Below are positions 56,201 to 63,602 of a stretch of DNA of 64,000 nt, piece by piece; positions within the stretch are counted from its first letter, which is position 1; each line of letters opens with the position of its first letter. Both the position numbers and the translations under genes were made by a program. The DNA comes from Candidatus Woesearchaeota archaeon (GTDB lineage: Archaea > Nanobdellota > Nanobdellia > Woesearchaeales > UBA10216), in assembly GCA_016192915.1 (NCBI GenBank), contig JACPTF010000002.1, positions 131,530 through 195,529 of the forward strand, in the 5' to 3' direction. The notes under the pieces were generated by a model. The model had not been told where the DNA came from. It made no database searches and was given only the letters and a program-made list of their open reading frames with translations.

Positions 56201-56804
56201 CGTCTTCCGGCCTTTTCTCTATCAGCTTGTTGTTGATGTCCTTAAGGTAGTATTTTTTCTGGAATATGCTGGTTGCCAGCTCGTTGCCGTTAAGGTAGTC
56301 TCCTGGGTGTAGGGGCAGTTCGCCTGTCTTTTGCAGTTCCTTAATGTAGAATAGAAGGTTCTTGTATGCCTCAATCCTGTCATATCCTATGATTGATGCG
56401 AGCTTGCTTTTGTGTGCGAACATGTCAAGCAGCGCTGTCTTTTCCCCATCAGTCCCTTTTGCTGCCTCTGTCGCAGCCTGCCTTAGCTCTGCCCTTTTAG
56501 CCCTGTAAAGTATGTATGCTTTTGCGGTTTTTGCGTGGCCTTCTTCTATGAGTACTTTTTCAACAGCATCCTGTATTTCTTCAACTGATGGCAGCTTTTC
56601 TATTTTTGCCACATAATCAACAACAAGCCTTGTGAGCCTTTCTGCCTCTTTCCTGTCGCTTCCTCCAACAGCCCTTGCGGCTTTCATTATGGCAGATGTT
56701 ATCTTTTCAGGGTCAAAATCAGCCACCCTTCCGTCCCTCTTTACAATCTTGGAAACTTTTGTAACTATTACAGTTTTCCCCGTTTCAGAAGCCTTTGGTG
56801 TCAT
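53271..56804 (-). CDS. nrdJ: ribonucleoside-diphosphate/triphosphate reductase, class II-like (ATP-cone, NPCGE active site, C-terminal Zn ribbon), interrupted by a mini-intein
   Basis: N-terminal ATP cone (VKRDGRVADFDPEKI) and active-site STNP|C...HN|CGEVPL split by an intein. C-terminal CxxC...CxxC. PduO and NrdR lie directly downstream. Confidence 0.85.
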   Translation of the reverse strand: MTPKASETGKTVIVTKVSKIVKRDGRVADFDPEKITSAIMKAARAVGGSDRKEAERLTRLVVDYVAKIEKLPSVEEIQDAVEKVLIEEGHAKTAKAYILYRAKRAELRQAATEAAKGTDGEKTALLDMFAHKSKLASIIGYDRIEAYKNLLFYIKELQKTGELPLHPGDYLNGNELATSIFQKKYYLKDINNKLIEKRPEDVYSRLAAFMAAVEPTPEKQREWAARFYRALYEGYFVPGGRVIAGGGDLYRLKTLANCFVSLISEDNIEAIYQSAYECARTYSYGGGIGVDISGLRPKGSIVHNAADTSTGSVSFMELFSLTTGLIGQSGRRGALMLTIDIKHPDSPHFINVKKVPNWVTNQIVEQCKWSGKFNEQQLRDVERQVRENTQVRFANISLKVTDEFMQAVEEQNKYGTEKVLVYLKDKSVSGLGIMQGGAVHYSYGIPAKPIEKYRLMKAFDTFEELNSFLTGHNSEAITEKDLTDVSKRDMFGDFVVHDRSSEFDLAIKHAGDFMLYYNARETGEIKRLVKARTIWNAFIEGNYKTAEPGLIFWSTMVKYSPSNYVGRPIASTNPCVAGDTKIETDNGIMTIKEIAENYGNGGVNVAVDARMLPGNGLVLEGKILLPIAAAIKTGEKDTLKITTQKGFELVCTKDHKVMTTGGWAEARNLTAGNKILTNREGRSTYDNISSINANGLKEVYDLQEPITHSFIANGIVVHNCGEVPLEDGGACNLASVNLSRFVVNGYTDNAGIDWEGIKDTTALSVRFLDNVVTWNELLNPLEKQRKAAYETRRLGLGVMGIADMLNQLGTGYDSEKGIKILEEAAKLFANTAYDASAELAEEKTPSPIFEYEAYSRGRFFQEILTDETKETIRKKGLRNVAILSIAPTGTISNIVLGYRLGDRNFIGVSGGIEPVFALYYTRRSEGLSSGGSNMFFKIFHSTVDGYIQQHNLAEEAQKCKDAEELKRILPAHFFRTAHFIDPSKRVVVQGLWQKYIDHSISSTVNLPEDIDPETISNIYLDAWKHGLKGITIYREGSRFPILSTETHESEFQDSKEQIHDVEIDGEQKLLHGDDVIGLPNGRLTTAYHALRNGLLKKEGNRYLFTKAVDNFVSEPLATVAVAAEKKETHEAHGNGKEIYASDMKLSNCQSCGKKTLKIENGCHSCLNEDCGFSKCEV
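54648..55082 (-). other. mini-intein (145 aa, no homing endonuclease domain) within RNR
   Basis: Starts CVAGDTKIE (block A), has TKDH (block B) and ends ...GIVVHN followed by Cys +1. The host motif NP-CGE is restored after splicing. Confidence 0.8.
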
Positions 56805-57011
56805 CTTTCATTACCTCGCAATAAATACAACCTGTTGTGTACCTCTCCCGTCTAGAACCCCAATATGTTGTGGTTTTAGGATTCACACCTATTTAAAGGT
56901 TTTTGTGCCCAAAACTATATTAACCATAATTTATAATAGAATTTCTAGCTGGTGGTGGTGTAAATTCAAAAGCATCAATCGCAGTTGGTATAAGTTTTAT
57001 ATAAAACTCCA

Positions 57012-57290
57012 TCAACCAAGTTTCCAATACCTCTTCTGCCCCAGTATAAGCGCGGCAGTAAAAAGCACGTAAACGAACAGGTAGCTAACTTCTGTGAGGA
57101 AAAATCCGAAGTCAATCACGCTTTTGTTTTCAGCCAGCCGCATCGCAAAGCCGGCTGCAAACAGCGGCATCGCAATGTAAAGCGGATAAAGCCCTTTTCT
57201 GCTCGTCTTGAATTGTGAAAGGAAGCCATTCAGTACTGCAATAAGCAACGCAATGACAGCAGCCTCCCCAACAAGTTGCCAAAGCAGCAT
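57012..57290 (-). CDS. small membrane protein
   Basis: 92 aa with 3 hydrophobic helices. Confidence 0.35.
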   Translation of the reverse strand: MLLWQLVGEAAVIALLIAVLNGFLSQFKTSRKGLYPLYIAMPLFAAGFAMRLAENKSVIDFGFFLTEVSYLFVYVLFTAALILGQKRYWKLG

Positions 57291-57418
57291 TCAACCACAA
57301 CACTTTGCTCGATAATAATGTTTATTTTATTATATATTTTATAAAGTAAGTGTTGTAGTATCTATATATAAATGTTGCCATAAAACTTTAAAAACATTCA
57401 CTCACATTTGCTGCATTT

Positions 57419-57820
57419 ATGCCTGGCGCAATCCCTCACATAGCTGTTGGCCTTCTATCTGCAGCCCTTATCCACCTTAAGCACTTCCGGCTTGAGTTCA
57501 GCCTTGCCATATTCATTGGCAACCTTCTCCCTGACGCAATAAGGCAGGGCATCTCCGCAATAACACAAGGCACGATAGATGTTCTGCATGTCAGGCAGGA
57601 CGGCTTGTTTCGCTTCCTCTCAACAACTACCAACAGCCCTGCAAACTGGTTCACTCTCGGCTTCTTCCTGCTGCTTCTGGTAACATTCCTTTACCATTAC
57701 CACGTCATCAAGAAAAAGAAGCTCTGGGAGTACGAGGAACTCTACATATTCTTGCTGATTGGCATCGTAACGCATCTCATCATGGATGCACTCATTATAG
57801 AGAAGGGGCCGTGGTTTTAG
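57419..57820 (+). CDS. membrane protein
   Basis: 133 aa with hydrophobic helices. Confidence 0.35.
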   Translation: MPGAIPHIAVGLLSAALIHLKHFRLEFSLAIFIGNLLPDAIRQGISAITQGTIDVLHVRQDGLFRFLSTTTNSPANWFTLGFFLLLLVTFLYHYHVIKKKKLWEYEELYIFLLIGIVTHLIMDALIIEKGPWF

Positions 57821-57823
57821 CTC

Positions 57824-59428
57824 TCAGCTTTTGGTGTTAATGAACGGGCTTTGCGCTAATCTTGCTTTGTCCTGCTCAAGCAGCCCTGTGTTCGGGTAGT
57901 TCCAGTGGTAGCCTATTAAAGTCTTTTCCCAGTCGGCGGCTGTTGTTCCTGAATATCCATCAGGATGAGGCAGGTTTAAAGCGTGCCCAAGCTCATGGCC
58001 CAGTGCTCCTATTCCAAACCCCTCTGCCTTTCCTGATGGCAGCCAGCTGTTCTTGCAGCTATCCTTTGCATTTGGCGGGTTGTCTGTTGTGAAGTACTTA
58101 TCTAGAACCCTGTTGCAGTTGCCATCCTTGGCAGCATATATGCCCGCATCCCCCACTATCGCCAGTCCTCCTCCTGTTGGGTAAAATCTTCCTCCAGCAT
58201 ATCCTCCTCCTCCGAATGCCGCAACCCAGGTAACCCTGTTGGCAGGGAATTTGTTCCAGTCTGGCTCAACAGGGAAACCTTTTCTTTTCAGCTCATCTAT
58301 TATGCTTGCCTCAAAGTTGTTTTTGACACATCCTGCCTGGTTGTCCACGCACCAGTACCACTCGTGGCTATGGTCGCCGCTGACAACTTGCGGCTGCAGC
58401 ATTGTGAACGTAGTGCCTGCCTTAGTTAGGTAGAACTGCCTTATTTCCTCAAATTTGTCCTTCAGGTAATTTACCATATCCTGATCGTTGGCATAGTCTG
58501 TTGGGAAAAATATTACTGGTTGGACTTTATAGGATGTGTCAGCAGTTTTGCAGTTTCCAGCCATGCAAATCTGGCCTTGCTGGCATAGGCTGCCCTCATC
58601 CACTTGGCTATTGCAGTCATTGTCTTTGTTGTCGCATGCTTCTGCTGAAGGCTCAGTCTGGCCTGTGCAGCTTCCCCAGATGTGGCTGCTTTGGCAAACC
58701 TGAGTCCCCAACTTGCATAGTCCAACGTTGTTGTAGCCGCAGCTTTTTGTTTGTCCCGGGCTGCAATCACACGTTATGCCATCATCAGCCAATCCGTTGC
58801 AGTTGTTGTCCAAGCCATCGCATACCTCTGCTGTTGGGGTGCAGGTTGGTTGTGGCTGAGGCAGTGCCTGCTGCTGTGCCTGCTGTTGTTGCTGCTGGCT
58901 GACCTGCTGCCCTTGTGAGTTGCTTTCGCTTCCAGAGCTTCTTCTCACTCCTGAACCTTCTTCCTGGGCGGCTGTATCCTTTTTCTGCTCTTCAACCGCA
59001 CATTTGTTGTTATTGCAAAGCCCCGATGGGCATTCCCTATTGTTGCAGCACTCGTATTCCACACATGTCCTGTTGTTGGTGTAGCCGCACTCGCATTCTA
59101 TTTGTGCGCACTTGTTGGTGTTCACGCTGCACGTCTCGTTTTTGCCGCATTCTGCGTCAGCGCAGCATTCGTACTTGTGGCAGGTTTCGTTGGCAGCGTA
59201 TTCGCAATAGCCGCACGCGATGTTAGTGCAGGAATGATTTGTGCAGCTTTGGGAGGGGAGGCATCCTGTGTCTTCGCAGCAGTTTTGCGGCGTTTCGCCT
59301 TGCTCCAAAATGTCGTTGCCGCACCCTGCACGCTCACCGCTGTTTAGCAAAACCACTGTTGCCACTAGCAGTGGGGCAGCAAGCAGGCTATACAGGATTA
59401 TACCCGGAACCACTTTTGCTTTAAGCAT
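57824..59428 (-). CDS. secreted Cys-rich zinc metalloprotease (HExxHxxxxxH zincin)
   Basis: Signal-like N-terminus, repeated C-x-C EGF-like modules, a poly-Q linker and C-terminal HELGHALNLPH. Confidence 0.6.
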   Translation of the reverse strand: MLKAKVVPGIILYSLLAAPLLVATVVLLNSGERAGCGNDILEQGETPQNCCEDTGCLPSQSCTNHSCTNIACGYCEYAANETCHKYECCADAECGKNETCSVNTNKCAQIECECGYTNNRTCVEYECCNNRECPSGLCNNNKCAVEEQKKDTAAQEEGSGVRRSSGSESNSQGQQVSQQQQQQAQQQALPQPQPTCTPTAEVCDGLDNNCNGLADDGITCDCSPGQTKSCGYNNVGLCKLGTQVCQSSHIWGSCTGQTEPSAEACDNKDNDCNSQVDEGSLCQQGQICMAGNCKTADTSYKVQPVIFFPTDYANDQDMVNYLKDKFEEIRQFYLTKAGTTFTMLQPQVVSGDHSHEWYWCVDNQAGCVKNNFEASIIDELKRKGFPVEPDWNKFPANRVTWVAAFGGGGYAGGRFYPTGGGLAIVGDAGIYAAKDGNCNRVLDKYFTTDNPPNAKDSCKNSWLPSGKAEGFGIGALGHELGHALNLPHPDGYSGTTAADWEKTLIGYHWNYPNTGLLEQDKARLAQSPFINTKS

Positions 59429-60248
59429 TATTCCACATCTTTTTCAATATCAGCGCGTCTCCCTCAATGTTCGGGCTCTCCGAAATAACAACTCCGGCAA
59501 TGTCAAATTCTTTCCAGCTGCGCACAATTTCTTCATATTTCAAGTCCGACTCCCTCAGCGTCAAATGGTTTAATTCCCCTTTGCCGCTGTAGTTTACCCC
59601 CGCTATTTGTATGTGCATGTCCTTCAGCGCCTCTTTTCCAAGTTCTTTTTCTACAGCGGCAAGGATTTCCTTAAATTCCTCATGGCTGTTATTTTTGCTT
59701 TCGCGTGCGTGCATGTGCGCATAATCAATGCACGGCATGACCTGGTTGATTTCGTTGCACAGCCGCATTATCTCAGAAAGATCCCCGAACTGAGACCTTT
59801 TGCCTGTTGTCTCAGGCCTCACCCAGATGCCGCAGCCAATGTTCTTCAGTTCGGCAACAACCATTTTCAGCTGTCGCTTCACTTTTTCATACACTTTATC
59901 CTTATCCATGCCCAGATAGTAGCCTGGGTGGAAAGCCACGCTCTGCCCGCCGCACAGCCCTGCCACTTCAGCAGCCTTAATCAGCCTTTTTTTGCTTGCT
60001 TCCAGCTTCGCATCCTCGGCAGCGTTCAGATTGATGTAGTAGGGCGCGTGGCACGTCAGCACAACATTCTCTTTTTCGGCTGCGGCCTTGATTTTCGGAG
60101 CGTTCTCCCTGCTTATGTTCACAGACTGGACGAACTCGAGCTCCATTGCATCCAGGCCAAGAGCCCTTACCGCCTTTATTCCGGAAGCCGTGTCTGTCCC
60201 TTTTGCTGCTATGGGAATGCCTGCTGTGCCGAACAGTAGCTTATTCAT
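59421..60248 (-). CDS. nfo: endonuclease IV (Nfo, AP endonuclease, TIM-barrel); true start MNKLLFGTAG
   Basis: Xylose-isomerase-like fold signature ...HAPYYINL...HPGYY...PETTG...DYAHMH. The first 20 codons of the ORF overlap the upstream gene. Confidence 0.8.
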   Translation of the reverse strand: MNKLLFGTAGIPIAAKGTDTASGIKAVRALGLDAMELEFVQSVNISRENAPKIKAAAEKENVVLTCHAPYYINLNAAEDAKLEASKKRLIKAAEVAGLCGGQSVAFHPGYYLGMDKDKVYEKVKRQLKMVVAELKNIGCGIWVRPETTGKRSQFGDLSEIMRLCNEINQVMPCIDYAHMHARESKNNSHEEFKEILAAVEKELGKEALKDMHIQIAGVNYSGKGELNHLTLRESDLKYEEIVRSWKEFDIAGVVISESPNIEGDALILKKMWNNA

Positions 60249-60280
60249 TAGAAATAGCTGTTGCAGCGTAAGATAAAAAC

Positions 60281-60868
60281 CTATCCAAACGAGCTGCCGC
60301 AGCTGCACACAGCATGAGCATTAGGGTTGTCAACTTTGAATCCAGACTTATTTAGCGACTCAACGTAGTCAATAACAGACCCCTTCAATGCCTCTGCGCT
60401 TGCCGCATTGACGACAACCTTCATTCCGTTCTTTTCTACAGCTATATCATCTGTTTTGACTTCATCATCCAAAGAAAACTCGTATGAGTATCCTGCGCAG
60501 CCTCCAGGCTTGACTTCAACCCTGAGGTTAAAGCCGCTAACGCCCTGTTTCTTCATGAGCTCCTTGACTTTCTCAACCGCTGCCTCTGTCACTTCAAATG
60601 TGGCAGGCCTTTCTTTTGGCCGCTCTGATTCTATTTTGGCTGCTGCTGCGTTTAACTCGTTTAGCATCGTGTTGAAATCTCCATCATTCATTACTGACGC
60701 GGCAGCTGCTTTGAGCTGCTCCTGATACGGTGTTCCGCAGCCACTCATTGCCATGCCGCGCATCGCCATAGTGTCAGCAAGCTGAGGGTATTTCAGCATT
60801 ATCTCTCCTATTGTTGTTTCGTTCCTTATCAGCTGTTTTTCAGTTGGCGTTTCCATTTTCATCACCAC
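60281..60868 (-). CDS. Fe-S cluster insertion protein (IscA/HesB-type A carrier) fused to an N-terminal DUF1858-like domain
   Basis: C-terminus ...KPGGCAGYSYEF...CSCGSSFG, the three-Cys A-type carrier motif. Confidence 0.65.
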   Translation of the reverse strand: MVMKMETPTEKQLIRNETTIGEIMLKYPQLADTMAMRGMAMSGCGTPYQEQLKAAAASVMNDGDFNTMLNELNAAAAKIESERPKERPATFEVTEAAVEKVKELMKKQGVSGFNLRVEVKPGGCAGYSYEFSLDDEVKTDDIAVEKNGMKVVVNAASAEALKGSVIDYVESLNKSGFKVDNPNAHAVCSCGSSFG

Positions 60869-60889
60869 AGATGCAGTTGCTGCTGCTGG

Positions 60890-61144
60890 TTATAATATCT
60901 TCTCTCCGTTGTCCTTATTTTTCAGATGAATGACATTCACGGGGCAGGCTTCTGCTGCTGCCTTGTTTGCCTCGAAATCCTCTTGCCCAATTTCCAGCTC
61001 TTGCCAGCCGTCCGGCCTGTGCTTGCCGTCGATGATGTCTGTTTTGTTGTCCTCATTCATTACCCAGTTCTTCGCATTAACCGCAACGCATGCCGCGCAT
61101 CCGATGCAGTCCGGCCTGTTGTGCTCAAGCAGGTATTTTGTCAT
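60890..61144 (-). CDS. small 4Fe-4S ferredoxin-like protein
   Basis: CIGCAAC...CP motif; 84 aa. Confidence 0.6.
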   Translation of the reverse strand: MTKYLLEHNRPDCIGCAACVAVNAKNWVMNEDNKTDIIDGKHRPDGWQELEIGQEDFEANKAAAEACPVNVIHLKNKDNGEKIL

Positions 61145-61890
61145 TGCGCAACCACCTTTATTGATTCGTAGCCTGTGCTTTCTATCTGGTGGACGAGCTC
61201 TGCCCCTCCGCTTTTAACAATTTTTCCATCCATCATTATATACACCTTGTTCGGCTTTATGTAGTTCAGTATCCTCTGGTAGTGCGTTATCAGCATCACC
61301 CCTGTTTCAGGGTTCATCAGCTTGTTTATGCCTTCTGCTACAACCTTGAGCGAGTCAACATCGAGCCCTGAGTCTGTCTCATCCAGTATTGCCATCTCAG
61401 GCCTGAGCATTGCCATCTGCAGTATTTCAGCGCGTTTCTTCTCGCCTCCTGAAAAGCCCTCGTTCAGGTAGCGGTGCATGAATGACTCATCAACCTTTAA
61501 TGTTTTCATTGTTCCCTTTAGCTGTTTTACAAATTCCCCAACAGGCATTGGGTTCTTTTTGTCTCGCCTTGCGTTTACCGCTGTCCTGAGGAAGTTTGCC
61601 ATGCTTACTCCGGGCACTTCGCTTGGGTACTGGAACGACAGGAACAGCCCTTTTTTAGCTCGTTCATTTACCGGCAGCTTCGTAACATCTTCCCCTTTGT
61701 AAATTATATTCCCGGAAGTTACCTTGTAGTTAGGATGGCCAAGAAGCGCATACCCTAGTGAGCTTTTTCCTGCGCCGTTTGGCCCCATCAGGGCAACTAC
61801 CTCGCCCTTGCTCACTTCAAGGTTTACTCCTTTGAGTATTTCCTTGCCTTCAACTTCCACGTGCAAATCTTTTATTTCAAGGTCGCTCAT
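61141..61890 (-). CDS. sufC: SufC Fe-S assembly ATPase
   Basis: Walker A GPNGAGKS, ABC signature LNEGFSGGEKKR and Walker B ILDETDSGLD. Confidence 0.9.
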   Translation of the reverse strand: MSDLEIKDLHVEVEGKEILKGVNLEVSKGEVVALMGPNGAGKSSLGYALLGHPNYKVTSGNIIYKGEDVTKLPVNERAKKGLFLSFQYPSEVPGVSMANFLRTAVNARRDKKNPMPVGEFVKQLKGTMKTLKVDESFMHRYLNEGFSGGEKKRAEILQMAMLRPEMAILDETDSGLDVDSLKVVAEGINKLMNPETGVMLITHYQRILNYIKPNKVYIMMDGKIVKSGGAELVHQIESTGYESIKVVAQ

Positions 61891-62297
61891 TTCGCCTCCC
61901 TAACCCTGTTGGCCTCGTACTGCACTATCCCTTTCTGCACTGCCCTCAGCGCCAGCATTGCGCATTTTATCCTTACCGGTCCAGGGTTTATCCTTATTAT
62001 TTTAAGCATTTCGTCTTGTTTCATTGCTACAATCCCCTTGGCACTTTTTCCCCCAATCTCTTCTGTGAGCATTGATGCTGCTGCCTGGCTTATTGCGCAC
62101 CCTTTGCCTGTAAACATGGCTTCTTTCACTGTTCCGTTTTCCATCTTTAGCTGCATGGTTATTTCATCACCGCACACTGGGTTGTAGTCCTGATAGCTGA
62201 CATCAGCATCCCTGATTTTCCCGAAGTTTCTCGGGTTTTGGTAGTGGTCCATTATCTCTTCCCTATACAGCTCTTCTACGGGATCTGTTTTGTCCAT
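61887..62297 (-). CDS. sufU: SufU/NifU-like Fe-S scaffold
   Basis: NPRN...CGD...GCAIS...C pattern, closely matching SufU. Confidence 0.75.
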   Translation of the reverse strand: MDKTDPVEELYREEIMDHYQNPRNFGKIRDADVSYQDYNPVCGDEITMQLKMENGTVKEAMFTGKGCAISQAAASMLTEEIGGKSAKGIVAMKQDEMLKIIRINPGPVRIKCAMLALRAVQKGIVQYEANRVREAK

Positions 62298-62303
62298 TTT
62301 CTT

Positions 62304-63590
62304 TCACGCTGTCCTTGCCGCCATTTTCTTCATTTTTGCAGCAGCTGTTTCCAGGGCCTCTGCTAGTTTTTCTATCTCTTCCTGGGTGTTGTACAGGTAG
62401 AAGCTTGCCCGCGCTGTGCCTGTTATGCCTAGGAGCTTTGCAAGTGGCATTGCGCAGTGGTGCCCGCCCCTTACAGCTATGCCTTCAGCATCAAGCATGG
62501 CCGAAACATCATGGGGGTGGATGCCGTTTATGTTGAATGAGACAAGCCCTCCTCTTCTCGCTGCTTCAGGCCCGTAGATTGTGAGTTCATCTATCTGCCT
62601 GAGCTTTTCCATCGCCATCTTGGTCAGCATTTTTTCATGCTCATGTATGTTTTCCACTCCAATCCCTTCCAGGTAGTCGACAGCAGCTGTCAGCCCAACT
62701 GCGCCTGCAACATTTGGTGTTCCTGCCTCAAACTTCCATGGCAGCTCGTTCCACTTTGCATCCTGGAAGCTTACCTCGCTTATCATGTCCCCTCCGTATA
62801 GGAGAGGCTCCATCTTTTCGAGCAACTCCTGTTTGCCGTAAAGGACTCCAATCCCTGTAGGGCCAAGCATCTTATGCGCGGAAAAAGCCATGAAGTCGCA
62901 GTCAAGTTTCTTTACGTCAACTGGCATGTGTGGCACAGACTGTGCTGCGTCCAGCACCGTTATTGCCCCTGCTTCTTTTGCTGCAGCTATTATTTCCTTC
63001 GCTGGATTTATCGTGCCCAGAACATTTGAAACGTGCGTGAACGCAACGATTTTCGTTTTTTTGCTCATCAGTTGCGGTAGTTGCAAATCGGACGATGTCC
63101 GATTGCACATTCCGCTTGTGGCGGAATTGTGCTGCAGCTTTAATTCGCCGTTGCCGTCTATTTCCAAAAACCTGAGTTTTGCTCCTGTCCTTTTGGCTGC
63201 CTGTTGCCACGGCACTATGTTGCTGTGGTGCTCCATCTGTGTTAATACTATCTCGTCCCCCTTCTTTAGTTGCTGTGACAGGGAATTTGCAGCCAAGTTG
63301 AGTGACTCTGTCGTGTTTTTGGTGAATATTACCTCTTCCATTCCAGTTGCCGCAATAAATTTGGCAACCTTTTCGTGGGCTTCATCGTATTCTACGGTGG
63401 CTTCCTGGCTTAGCTTATGCACTGCCCTATGCACATTGGAGTTGTAGTTCTCGTAGTAGTAGTTCATTGCCTGTATTACCTGAACCGGCTTTTGCGTTGT
63501 AGCAGCATTGTCTAAGTATACCAGTGGCTTTCCGTACACCTTCCTCTTCAGTATCGGGAAGTCCTCCCGTATCTTTTTGGCATTAATCAT
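62304..63590 (-). CDS. sufS: cysteine desulfurase SufS (class V aminotransferase), carrying a 54-nt in-frame repeat-element insertion
   Basis: [22 protein letters not shown] (PLP Lys) and GHHCA motifs. An extra 18 aa [18 protein letters not shown] sits between GELKL and [10 protein letters not shown]. Confidence 0.9.
   Translation of the reverse strand: [428 protein letters not shown]
63081..63134. repeat. hairpin repeat element, copy D, in-frame inside sufS
   Basis: TGCAAATCGGAC/GTCCGATTGCA (bulged A) plus ATTCCGC/GCGGAAT and a TGTGCTG tail. Same terminal modules as copies B and E. Confidence 0.75.
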
Positions 63591-63602
63591 TGCCCATAAC
63601 CT

